64,000 nt of DNA from Octopus sinensis (lineage: Eukaryota): positions 12,524,001 to 12,588,000 of the forward strand of contig NC_043000.1 of the NCBI RefSeq assembly GCF_006345805.1. Direction: 5' to 3'. The notes below the pieces were generated by a model, which worked only from the letters and a program-made list of their open reading frames with translations, searched no databases and was not told where the DNA came from. Position 1 is the first letter of the stretch; every line of letters begins with the position of its first letter. A program made the translations under genes and the position numbers. Of this stretch, positions 48,117 to 60,750 are shown one piece after another.

Positions 48117-50241
48117 TATACACACACACACACACACATACTTAAAGATAACTGTTCAATATCAACTTAAGATAATAAAGTATCTTGAAGCCTTCAACTT
48201 GACACACTGATCACTTTTGAGGAAATCCAATGAGTCATTCCATTAGATTCATAGACTAAACCACTGAAAAATATTTTGAAAAATATTTTGAAACAATCTA
48301 CTCAAAAATATATCTTTTTGTATCTCCAGCCTCTCTTGCAATGAAGGTGTATTTGTTGAAGCTATTTAAATATTACAATAACACGTTACAAAATGATTGT
48401 TTCACAGACAAAATTAGATAAAAACGTATATTTCACCAGCAAAGAGCATACTAACAAAAAATACTTTTTAAATAAAGTTAGTTTGCAACTGACCCTGTCC
48501 CACTGTGATCAAATTTTGACCCCTGTAGGAAAATTTTTTAAAAAATTGATGTTGAAATACTGTCTTCCCTCACCCAACAAATATGTGTACTGTAAGACTT
48601 CTGATAAAATCTGGATAAAATCCTTTATTCTGCCGCACCTAATTTTGACCAACACAAACTATATAATTCTATTATCCAACAGTCACTATCATGCAACTTT
48701 AGACACTTTAATGATTGTCAACTAAAGTGTTGATATAGTAGAAAGAAGTATTATTTACCATGCTGCTCTGAAAACATGTACAAAAATTTGAAACCAAATA
48801 TTGCATTGACTCCTAATACTTTCAAAACTTGCTATACTCAACACACCCACATGTTCAGAAGCAATGTAGAAGCAATGACATAAAATTGTTAAATTTCAAA
48901 TGGCGTCTAAAATATTACAATATAAAATTTGTGATCACGTACAAATTGAATCACTTGGTCAAACAGACAGTAACACACACACACATATATATAAATGATA
49001 TAAATATTTATAATATATAATTAGAGAAAAAAACGTACGTAGTTTTTTACTTATTATATATTGTTTATTTATTTTTGTATTTTTTGTGGTCTAGTTATAT
49101 GTTTTAAAATATATTTTATTTTTTATTTATGATTTGGTTTATGTCTATCATTGTTTGAATTGCATAATAGTGTTTTTTCTCTAATTTATATATTATATAT
49201 TTATATTGTGAAATTTGATTTAATACTAAATTGAATTTTTCCCTGTAAGTTTGGAGTTATACTCCCTAATATTATTATTATTATTATATATATATATAAG
49301 TTTCACAGAATTCAATTGCTAATAAACTGTTTGTTGATAAACACATTGAGAGGTCATAGCATTGGTACAACAGACATGTGATTAGAAAGAATTGTGCGAG
49401 TTGAATCAAATGGCAGGAGACCTAGCGGTAGATCAAGAATGAGATGTTGGATAATATCCATAGTTTCAGTTGGTCATGTTTGGGAATACATCCAAAAAGT
49501 GTAATGGCAGTTGCTTCCAAGATGACCTAGAGAGGAGGTGTCTGAGGACTCTAACAACCCCACAAGCCTTCAAGGAATAGTGGACAGAGAGGATATATGG
49601 TTGAATGGATGGGTAAACTGTTCAACCCCTTTTGTCTGTTACATCACAATTTGGCCCCAAATGCTAGACTTTCCATAGAATGGCTGATCATTCTATTATA
49701 TTCCCTAGACAAAGTATATATAACAAGATCAGAAAGAAACAGGCTTATTTCATACTTGGCCAAAAATTCTAGATATTCAAATTCTATAGACTACCAAAAT
49801 GCTAATTTAAAATCTGTAGATAGAGTATATACACTTAGAATAAAATATAATTATTTCATACTTTGCCAAAAATCAGTAAACATTCATTCTATCGAACACC
49901 AAGACTTTCTATTAAAATCCCCAGACAAATTATATAAAGTTAGAATGAAGTATGGTTATTTCATACATTGCCAAGAAGTGCTAGACGTTCTACAGACATT
50001 CTATAGAGTTTCTAGGTCTTCTAATAGAATATATTAGTTTCACACAATGCAAGGTAACATGGATATTGGAGCATATTTGACCAATGTGTGATGTGGATGA
50101 TAGCAAATAATGATAATGATTACATGATAAAGTACATGATGATGATGATGAAGAAGCATGCCAATGACCACAAAAAGTGGAAAACAACTGTTGAGGCCCT
50201 ATGCTCCACAAGGGGCAAAAAGGATTGAGAAGAATATACGC

Positions 50242-50476
50242 AATAAATCTCTGAGCGAGGTATAAACAGTAGCTGCACCATGACATCATGAAGAAACTCG
50301 GGTCTGTGTGTATCATGTCAGGTTGAAGGTGGGAAGGATGGCTTCTCTTTGCAAATACTGATAAGGCACAGAAAATGTGTCAATAGCCAGCTGGAAGAGA
50401 TGTCCTCCTGGGGCAACAAGCTACAGTAGCATCCACCCTTAAGGGTTAGCCACATTTAAGTGGCAAATATACTTCA
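50242..50476 (-). mobile_element. Copy of the same retroelement with one segment inverted relative to the 15-kb copy
   Basis: 50361-50476 matches 15034-15146 on the same strand; 50242-50293 matches 15143-15190 on the opposite strand. Confidence 0.65.
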
Positions 50477-50499
50477 TGATATATATATGTAATTATATA

Positions 50500-50706
50500 T
50501 GATCCCCCCTGGCACCTGTGCCGGTGGCAGGTAAAAAGCACCCACTACACTCGCGGAGTGGTTGGCGTTAGGAAGGGCATCAAGCTGTAGAAACTCTGCC
50601 AGATCAGACTGGAGCCTGGTGCAGCCCCTGGCTTCCCAGACCCTGGTCGAACCGTCCAACCCGTGCTAGCGCGGAAAACGGACGTATGATGATGATGATG
50701 ATGATG
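50500..50706 (+). mobile_element. RTE LINE 3' UTR fragment
   Basis: Same tail motif plus (GAT)n. Confidence 0.8.
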
Positions 50707-51459
50707 ATTTACCACATGAACTACAATGAAAAAAATTTGAGAAAGATATGGTATATAATTTTTTTTTTGTGCAGGGTTCCTTGAGATTTTTTTTGTATTT
50801 TAAGGGTTACACAAGGGTAAAAAGATTGAGAAACACTGGTCTATATTATTCAAATACATGCCACAACAACTCTGAGTTGTTCTTTTAAGCTCATTTTTGT
50901 TTAGAATATGTTCCATGGACAGAGAGGAGTGGAGAAAGAGGAGTGATGAGGGAATAGTGTGGTTTATTGCAGCAGGTGACAGGAGTGCTGAGTAGTTCAT
51001 AAGTGTTTCATTGCTACTTTGTAACCAGTTCTCTCACAGGCTACTAATGACAGGGCCGTTTCAGAACAAACTAACTCTGATTGAGCAAACTTATGATCAA
51101 AGGCATTCCACTTGTGACCACCCTGTCTTCCATTTTTTTTAAACCAAAGTGTACCTAAACTAAGGCTTCTCATAGGAAGAACCAGTCACCATCCCCAAAC
51201 TTTTGAGGACAGCAAAGAGGGAACACAAATCACAATATTTAATAAAATTAAGTTGGCTTTCCCAATCATATTTCTGAGAAATCATGGACTAGGTGCAGGA
51301 GTGGCTGTGTCATAAGTAACTTGCTTACCAAATACATGGTTCTGGGTTCAGTCCTACTATGTGGCACATTGGGCAAGTGTCTCCTACTATAGCCTCGGGT
51401 CAACCAAAGCCTTGTGAGTGGATTTGTTAGACAGAAACTGAAAGAAGCCTTATATCTCT

Positions 51460-51690
51460 CTCTATATATATAAAACTGAGAATGTGTGTCTGTCTGTGTG
51501 TTTCCCTAAAACTTGATAACTACGCAACCAATTTCATTCAAATTTCACACATGCATTACTTAGGGTCCGGGGAGTGTCATCGGCAAAAAAAATCTTTAAC
51601 TTCTTGCCTAGAGCGAGCCCACAGCAGTATCATATCTTCTCCACTATTTCAGTATTATGTGTTAAAAGTGAAACAAAAACATCTCTCTGT
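51460..51690 (+). mobile_element. 5' part of a third Helitron-like family
   Basis: TCtatatatataaaactgagaatgtgtgtctgtctg...caaccaatttcattcaaatttcacac architecture. Confidence 0.6.
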
Positions 51691-51949
51691 TGTATGTATA
51701 TGGATGTATATATATATATCGGGCATGGCTGTGTGATTAGGGAGCTTGCTTCCTAGCTACATGGTTTCGGGTTCAGTCCCACTGCGTGGCACTTTGGGTA
51801 GGTGTCTTCCACTATAGCCCCAAGTCGACCGAAGCTTTGTGATTGAATTCGGTAGGCAGAAGTTACTGCCGTGTGTGTATGTGTGCGTATAGCTGCTCAG
51901 TGCCTCTCCAAAAGAGAGAGAGAGAAGGATATATATATATATATATATT

Positions 51950-52860
51950 ACAAAATATAAAGTTATATCTTGAGATCGTTAGTGACAACAATGCTCAAAA
52001 TATATAACAGACTGGATCAGTAGTGCTCAAATGAGCTGTATACACTTTTTAATCTGAGGGGAGGCAATGTGAGCAGCAACTACAAAAGCACTACAAAATC
52101 CACAGAAAGGTCAAACACATGCATATATTCATATATTCATTTATATATACAGAACAGACATAAAGCCCGACATTTGGAAATATATAAACATCATATAAAA
52201 ATATATTGTACGCATAAGATCCACTCGACGTTCCATAAGAAATTTAGAAATAAAAATTGCAATAAAAGTTAGAGGTAATAATAACAATTGAATTAAATAT
52301 AGTAAATATAGTAAGTAGTAATTAAATATATTTTATTAAAATGGTAATTAAATTGTAATATAACAATTAAAAGAAAAAAATAGCAATTAGTATAAAATGT
52401 ATTAAGGACTTGAACTCGAATATGTGGCTTTGCATGAATAGGAGAAATTAAAAGATGAAAAATTTAATTGAGTGCAGAAGTGAATTAGTCCAGATGGAGC
52501 TGTGCGCATACAATTTACTATAGCTGCTAGATTGAATTATATGCTTATAAAGTAGCATTCAGTATCTATGAGAAATTTTGGGAGTACGTAATGTCTGGTC
52601 TTTCGCATGTAGCAGGTATGTAATTGTGCATTTGTTTCCATGTACTATATGTTGTGTGTAAAAAACATCCTGACGAGGGGAGAGTCAATTTTAAATATAT
52701 GATGTTTCATATTAATTGATGCATCTCCGAAACGGCCCATAGATGAACTTTTATGTATTTTTGTAAATTTGTATATTTATCTTCTATGTATTTTTCTCTG
52801 GAATTTTAATTCGTCTTTTTAATATGTCATTGTATGTTTTATTACCACAAATTTTTAATT
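51950..52860 (+). mobile_element. AT-rich Penelope-like terminal-repeat segment (hammerhead-bearing) in a nested insertion cluster
   Basis: Starts after (TA)n at ~51928-51948, contains the hammerhead at 52666-52745, and lies between SINE head(s) at 51297/51722 and a SINE tail at 52920-53185. Confidence 0.5.
52666..52745 (+). ncRNA. Type I hammerhead ribozyme motif with one core-adjacent substitution
   Basis: CAUC CUGACGA GGGGA...UCUCC GAAA C GGCCC AUA GAUG. Stem I is CAUC/GAUG; stem II extended by GUCAAUU/AAUUGAU. The expected GUA is AUA, consistent with CpG decay (CGTA to CATA). Confidence 0.68.
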
Positions 52861-52917
52861 TAACAAATTTATACCAAACTAGCACTATGACCCGGCAACG
52901 CCGGGTTATAATGCTAG

Positions 52918-52967
<50 letters not shown>

Positions 52968-53929
52968 TATGTATATGCTTGTATGTCTGTTTGTACTCCT
53001 ACCATCACTTGACAACCAATCTTGGTGTGTTTACATGCCCGTAACTTAGCAGTTTGGCAAAAGGGACCGATAGAATAAGTACTAGGTTTACAAAAGATAA
53101 GCGCTAGCCAATTTGTTCGACTAAAGGTAGTGCACCAGCATGGCCACAGTCAAATGACTGAAACAAGTAAAAGAATAAAATAATAGCAGAACGAAAAATT
53201 TTAAGAATCTTTTATCTTTTACATGCAACTTGTTTCAGGCATTGGACAGCAGCCATGCTGGAGCACCACCTAGAAGAGTTTAGTCAAACAATATAGACCC
53301 CTGTGCTTATCTTTTCCCTTTCAAAGTCTAGTAATTAATCTATAGCATTCTTTTGCCAAACTGCAAAGTTAGAAGGGTGTAAACAAACCAACAATGGTTG
53401 TCAAGTGGTGGTGGTGGGGACAAACACAGACAGAAAGACACACACACATACACACACAGTTTCTTATTTTTTTATTGCCCACAAGGAGCTAAAAATAGAG
53501 GGGACAAACACACATAGTTTCTATCTACCAAATTTGCCCGCCATGCAATAGAATTGAACCCAAAGCCACAAGGTCACAAAGTGAGCCTTTTAACCACACA
53601 GCCACATCCGCAAACACTGTTTTGTCTTCTCCTTATTAAGAGGTGGGTGGACAAAAAGATTTCATAAAACGATTTGAAGGTTGGGCCCTGATATTTGTTG
53701 GGTTTACAAACTGCTATTCTAGATATGTACTATTTAATGTTCTTCTTGTTTTAAAACAGATGAGTGTAAATCAAGGGAGATTTGTTTGCTATTTCAAGCA
53801 TGTCCAGCGACTACATGGAGGTTATTTTTCTCATTGGTTTGAGAGGGAATTTGGTAGGGTGGGGTAGCAATGAGGTGGTGGTGGTGATGGTGGTGGAACA
53901 ATACTGCCAGGTAAGATCTATTTCCACTG

Positions 53930-54220
53930 CCCCCCCCCTCTGCCACCACCATTCCCACCCACACCACCATCGCTGCTACCACCACTACCACCACCATCAC
54001 CATTGCTGCTACCACCACCATCACCATCGCCGCTACCACCACCACCACCACCACCACCACCATCACCATCACCATCGCCGCTACCACCACCACCACCACC
54101 ACCACACAACCACCACCACCACCATTGCTGCTACCACCACCACCACCACCATCACCATCGCCGCTACCACCACCACCACCACCACTACTGCCACCGCCAC
54201 ATCTGCCGCCACCACCACCA
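53930..54220. repeat. (CCA)n compound microsatellite
   Basis: Direct reading of the sequence. Confidence 0.9.
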
Positions 54221-54780
54221 GCTTTACTTTAAAGGCTGGTGATTGAATATGGGCGGGAGAGTATCGCAGTGACTCACACACCAAATCATGGCTGTAGGAG
54301 GTTAGAGGGAGGGAGACAAGGAGGTTTCTTTTTTTTTTAATTTTTTTACTGGTTTGTCCCAGCTCAGCCCGGAACAAGCAGACTTATGACCAAAGGCGCT
54401 CCAACCATGACCACCCAATTTTTCCTCTATATATGCTTCGAACCCAGGACCACAAACATTTAGTACATTCTTCTTTCAAGAGGACAAGGTGTGACTTGAG
54501 GGAGTGTTGGCTATTATCTCTCAGGTCAAACTCTGGCATTAGCTCGTAGACCTGAATTTGTAAGACTGCATCAAGAAAAGGAAGGAAAAGAGGAAAAAGA
54601 TATGTTCCGGTGTGTTTTTAGTGCATGTGTGTGTATGTGTTTTTGTGACTGCGCAAGTGTGATGGTATGACAGTAATTATGGATAGTGCTCATAAGAATG
54701 TTTGTACGTGCACACCCATAGATATGTATGTATATACGTATTTATGCATACATGTGTGTGTGTGTGTGTATATATATATA

Positions 54781-54995
54781 AACCTCATAAGAGAAAAAAA
54801 TCCACCAATTTTTTCACTTAAATATATTTATTTATATTATATAGAGGGCATTACTATACATAAATGCCACACGTTAGGAGGGACTCTTAAAGTCAAAATT
54901 AGCGTGTGGCATTTATGTATAGCAATGCCCTCTATATAATATAAATATATATATTTAAGTGAAGAAATTGGGGGATTTTTTTCTCTTATAAGGTT
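54781..54995. repeat. Long near-perfect inverted repeat (~96-bp arms, ~23-nt loop)
   Basis: 54781-54876 versus 54900-54995, about 6 mismatches. Confidence 0.92.
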
Positions 54996-55319
54996 TTTCC
55001 CGCTAACTACTTGATAAATTCTTATATCGCTGGTCACAATACGCTTCACATTGTTTTAGCCTTCAAATGATGCCACCCCGCTGGCTAAGCGAGCAGGCCA
55101 ACAGAAGAAAGAGTGAGAGAAAGTTGTGGCGAAAGAGTACAGCAGGGATCGCCACCACCCCCTGCTGGAGCCTCACGGAGCTTTAGGTGTTTTCGCTCAA
55201 TAAACACTCACAATGCCCGGTCTGGGAATCGAAACCGCGATCCTACGACCGCGAGTCCGCTGCCCTAACCGCTAGACCATTGCGCCTCCACATGTGTGAA
55301 TATATGTTTATGTGTAAAA

Positions 55320-55520
55320 GGTGGCGAGTTGGCAGAAATGCTAGCACGCTGGGCGAAATGCTTAGCGGTATTTCTTCTGTCTTTACATTCTGAGTTCAAA
55401 TTCCGCCAAGATCGACTTTGTGTTTCTTTCTTTCAGGGTCAATAAATTAAGTACCAATTGCGTACTGGGGTCGACCTAATCAACTGGCCCCCTCCCCTTG
55501 TGCCTAGAGTAGAAAAGAAT
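55320..55520 (+). mobile_element. SINE family A
   Basis: Head and core. Confidence 0.78.
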
Positions 55521-55588
55521 ATATGTATATATGTGTATATGTGTGTAAGTGTGCATGTGCTTATATGACTAAATATATATGTATGCAC

Positions 55589-55619
<31 letters not shown>

Positions 55620-56008
55620 CTAGCAGTATCGCCTGGCGTTGCTCAGGTTTGTAAGGGAAATAACTATAAAGCATTTTTAGAGAGTTATAGCCAAAAAATA
55701 GCAAAAAAATGGAAAAAAAATTATGGTAAATTTTTTTTTTTGAGAGTTAAAAAAGGTGGAGTTGCGTCCCCTAGACGGTCTGTGGTTTGGGTTTCTTTTT
55801 CTCGACCCCATGTCGAATTTATCGATTTTTTTTCAGAACTGGGGGAACTTTTCAAAATTTTCGCTGCGTTAGTTTTGAATTATGACATTGGGCTATGGGT
55901 GTGTCAAGTTTCATCAGAATCGGTTGAAAGCCGTGGTCAGGGTGAGGGTACAAGCAAACGGACACACAGAAACACGCACAGACAAACTGCCGTTTATATA
56001 GAGAGAGA
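55620..56008 (-). mobile_element. Non-autonomous Helitron-like element, same family as 20250-20500
   Basis: Reverse complement runs TCTCTCTCTATATAAACGGCAG...cctgagcaacgccaggcgatactgCTAG. Confidence 0.78.
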
Positions 56009-56660
56009 TTATATATATATATATATATTCATATATATATCTTTGCATACATGTATGTATGCTTGTTTGTTCATGTTTGCATGCCTGCATTTTGATGTGC
56101 ATGAGGTGTATGTGTATATGCGCATACATGCACACATGTGCATGTATGTGTGATGCTTTGTTAGGCCCCTGCCCTCAACACTTGCTCACATACACCCATA
56201 CCCTTCTACTCTCCTGATAACTAGCATACAGTAATGTTCCACCTGAACAACCCCCCACCCTCCACCCCTGGCCGAACCACCCCCACCACCACTTGTTGCT
56301 GCCACAGTATCACTACAGTCACCCGCCCACCCACCCCCTCCAACTTTCTCTTTCATTCTCTTTACTGAAGCATACACACTCCCTTCACACTCTCCTTTTT
56401 ACTCTCCCTCCATGAGTGTGCATGCACACACAAGCTCTCACTTCCCACTTCCTCTTCCCCCCCTCTCTCTGTCTCTCTTGCTTTACATACATACACACTC
56501 TCTCTAAACACTCACTCATGCTTACTACTAATATATCTACAGAAATATACACACACACATATATTAATACATAAATGTCCATTAACACAATCACTACAAG
56601 CAACCATAGAGATATTTATGCTTATGTGTATGTATATATGTACGTATGTGTGTTTGTGTA

Positions 56661-56714
<54 letters not shown>

Positions 56715-57924
56715 TCCTCAGTCAAATCATCCAACCCATGCTAGCATGGAAAGCGGACGTTAAATGATGATGATATGTATATATATATATACACATGAAT
56801 GAATATGTGTACATCTATCTACCTACCTGCCTACCTACTTACCTACTTACCTATCTATCGAGCTATCAATCTATCTGTCTATCTATCTATCTATCTATCT
56901 ATCTATCCATCTATCTATCCATCTCTCTATCGATCTATCTATTTATCCATCTATCTATCCATCTATCTATCTATCTGTCCATGTATCTATCTATCTATCC
57001 ATGTATGTATCTATCTATCCATCTACCTCTGTGTGTGTGTATACACATACACCTATATACATACACAAACACACACAAACTCAGACAGACATAGAAGTCG
57101 TAATACAGAGTGCACACAAATTACTAAGCAACTTATGCTTTAGTACAAAAAACTAATTTGTATTTATTTTTGTACGTATTCTTATGTGTGTACACATGCA
57201 TGATATAAAAACGCACTCTCAATGTCCGTCTGTCTCTCTCTCATTCACACATACACACACACATATCGACAATTGATTAGATTCAGGTGTGTCAAAGCAG
57301 GTTTAATCAGTATTTGTGTGTGTGTGTGTGTGTGTTCATATAAGAGAAGCCTATTACCTCAACAGCATGCGAAAATAGGGAACACAGAAATTCTTATCTT
57401 AACAGAAGTATTCACTTGTTTAGGGGTGGGTCTAGTGATTCATGGCTTACCTGATGTGTATGTGTGTGTATATGTGAGAGAGAGTTTTGTGTGTGTGCAT
57501 GTGTGTTTGAGAGAGAGTGAGAGAGAAAGAGTGAGTGTGTATGTGAGATAGCAGGTATTTGTGAATGTGTATAAGTGGAGTGTGTGTATGTGAGTGTAGT
57601 GGAGAAAGACCATAGGAGAGAATAAGGAATGAGGAAAAGGAAGAGTAGTAAATAGAAGAAAGGAAGGAGAGAGGGCCACCCCACCACCACCAACAACAAA
57701 CAACTACATATTGTTTATACACTCCCCTCTGCGCCATCACAAAGGAAGATAAAAGTGACTGACTGTGTGTGGAGTTACAAGGGGAGGAGAAGAGGGTTCA
57801 CAGAAGCCTGTCCCTCCCACAACTCATAAGACCATGCAGGTCAGTTTCTAATGGGCAGACAAAAGGGAGAATTGGTCCCTTAGCATCATCATCAAACAGA
57901 AATCAGAGGATGATGGGAAAGGCA

Positions 57925-59190
57925 GTGAGCTGGCAGAATCGCTAGCGTGCTGGGTGAAATACATGCTTAGCAGTATTTCATCCATCTTCACGTTCTGAGT
58001 TCAAGTTCTGCTGAGGTCAACTTTATCTTTCATCCTTTTGGGGTTGATAAAATAAGTACCAGATTGATGTAATTAACTAGCCCCACCTCCTCCAAAATTG
58101 CTGGCCTTGTATCTAGAGCAGAAATTATTACTATTATTATTATTGGGCAGCGAGCTGGCAGAATCATTAGGATGCCGGGCGAAATGTTTAGCGGTATTTC
58201 GTCTGCCATTACGTTCTGAGTTCAAATTCTGCTGAGGTTGACTTTGTCTTTCATCCTTTCGGGGTCGATAAATCAAATACCAGTTACGCACTGGGTCGAT
58301 GTAATCGACTTAATCTCTATGTTTAGCCCCTTGTGGGCAATAAAGAAATAAAAAATTATTATTCAGTTTTCTTAAGGTGGCAAGCTGGCAGAGTTGTTAG
58401 CACACCGGGGAAAGATACTTAGCAGTATTTTGTCTGCTGCAATGTTCTGAGTTCAAATTCCGCCAAAGTTGATTTTGCCTTTCATCCTTTCGGGGTTGAG
58501 AAATTAAGTACCAGTCACACACTGGGATCGATGTAATCGACTATCACCCTCCCCAAAAATCGTTGCCCTTGTGGCAAAATTTGAAACCATCATTATTATT
58601 ATTACTAAAGTGGTGAGCTGGCAGAATCGTTAGCATGCCAGGCGAAGTGCTTGGCAATATTTCGTCTGTCACTATGTTCTGAGTTCAAATTCTGCCGAGG
58701 TTGACTTTGCCTTTCATCCTTTTGGGGTCAATAAATTAAGTACCAGCCAAATACTGGGTTCAATGTAATCAACTATCTCTCTCCCACCAAATCGCTGCCC
58801 TTGTGGCAAAATCTGAAACCATTATTATTCAGTGTTTCTAGATCTTTACGTTTTGGGCTGAAAATATACCAAGGTCAACTTTGCTTTCCATTCTTTCAGA
58901 TGTTATTTGATTACTTTCAAATAAGTACCAGTTGAGAACTGAGGTCAACATAATCAACTACCCCCCCCCTCTTCCCTGAAATTACTGGCCTTGTGCCGAA
59001 ATTTAAAATCAATATTGACGGTGATGATCTGTCTGTCTTTACATTCTAAGTTCAAATTCTGCTGAGGTCAATTTTGCTTTTCATCTTTTCGGGGGTCAAT
59101 AAAATAAGTACCAGTTGAGTACTGGGGTTGATGTAATTGACTAGCCCACTAGCCCCACCCCGAAATTGGTGGCCTTGTGCCAAATTTGAA
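57925..59190 (+). repeat. Cluster of about six co-oriented SINE family A copies (decayed tandem array)
   Basis: Copies at ~57925, 58147, 58373, 58609, 58835 and 59027, separated by short attattatt spacers. Confidence 0.8.
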
Positions 59191-59764
59191 ATCAATATTG
59201 AGGAGGAGGAGGAGGATGGTGACAACTATCACAACAGCCATCATCATCATTACCATCATCAAATGTTGTGAGTGACTTTGATGACCATAATAATTATCAT
59301 AGTATAGATAATAATCCTGTCATTGAAACTGATGATGATGATGATGATGAAATGCTAGTGATGTTGAGGTGTTAGTGGAATGATGTCATGATGCTAATGA
59401 TAACAGTGATGATGATAATTATTGAGATGATGAAGATAGTGATTGATCATAAAGATGATGATGATGATGATTGTGGTGGTAATGATGATGGTGGTGGTGG
59501 GAATGATGATGATAATGACAGAGATGATAGTTGTAAGGATGATGATGGTGATGATGATGACGATGAAAGTGATAATGATGATGATGGTGGTGGTGGTGGT
59601 GGTGGCAACTACATTAAACATTAAGGTTACAACATAGGCCCCAACTAAAAAGTGTCATTACCCTCCACAGCAGTAGGCCCTCATGCTTTCCGAAATCCGC
59701 CGAAACTACACCTGATTATATATACACTTTAGATGAGTTGTAGTGCACCTGAGCACTGTACACA

Positions 59765-59808
<44 letters not shown>

Positions 59809-59964
59809 GCGCTTTTTTCCTTCTTTTCTTTTTAGTCCCAATTCAGCACTGATTAAGCAGACCTATGATCAAAGACAATCCAGTGCCATCTGGCCTGTCT
59901 CATCTTTTTCAGACGTAGCACATCACACACTATTTTATACGATACATCACTTATTAAGATATTG

Positions 59965-60750
59965 GAATTATTTGATAGAGATTTGGCAGCTATTTCTAGC
60001 ATACTGAGTGAACATGCAATGGCTCTTTCATTGATTCTACTTCCCCCAAAAATTATTCGATAGAGATTTGACAGTTATTTCTAGCATACTAAATGAAAAT
60101 GCAATGGCTCTTTCATCAATTCTATGTCCCCCACCAAAATTATTTGATAGATATTTGGTTGATATTTCTTGCATACTGAGAACATGCAATGGCTCTTTCA
60201 TCGATTCTGTTGATAGAGGTTTGACTGCTATTTCTAGCATACTGAGTGAACATGCCTTGGCTCTTTCATTGATTCTATTTCTGCCAAAAATTATTTGATA
60301 GGGATTTGACTGCTATTTCTAGCATAGGGTGAATACGTCGTGGCTCTTTCATCAATTCTGTCCCCCACCAAATTATTTGAGATTTGGCTGCTATTTCTAG
60401 CATACTGAGTGAACATGCCATGACTCTTTCATTGATTCTATTTCTGCCAAAAATTATTTGAAAGGGATTTGACTGCTATTTCTAGCATAGGCTTTTTCAT
60501 CAATTCTATGTCCCCCACCAAATTTGGCTGCTATTTCTAGCATACTGAGTGAACATGCAATGGCCCTTTCATCAATTTTATACCTACAAAACATTATTTG
60601 ATTTGGCTGCTATTTCTAGCAGAGAGAGTGAACATATAGTGGCTGTTTCATCAATTCTATGCCCCACCCAAAATTATTTGATAGATATATGGCTGCTATT
60701 TCTAGCATACTGAATGAACATGCAGTGGCTTTTTCATTGATTTAGTCCCC
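59965..60750. repeat. ~85-bp satellite, about 10 diverged units
   Basis: Unit aaattatttgatagagatttggctgctatttctagcatactgagtgaacatgcaatggctctttcatcaattctatgtccccacc. Confidence 0.9.

Noticed and set aside
48400-48720. Weak resemblance to a DDE transposase (VCVGQN...QHQFFKKFSYRGQN) on the minus strand
   Set aside because: Stops, no terminal inverted repeats found, and similarity too weak to support by eye.
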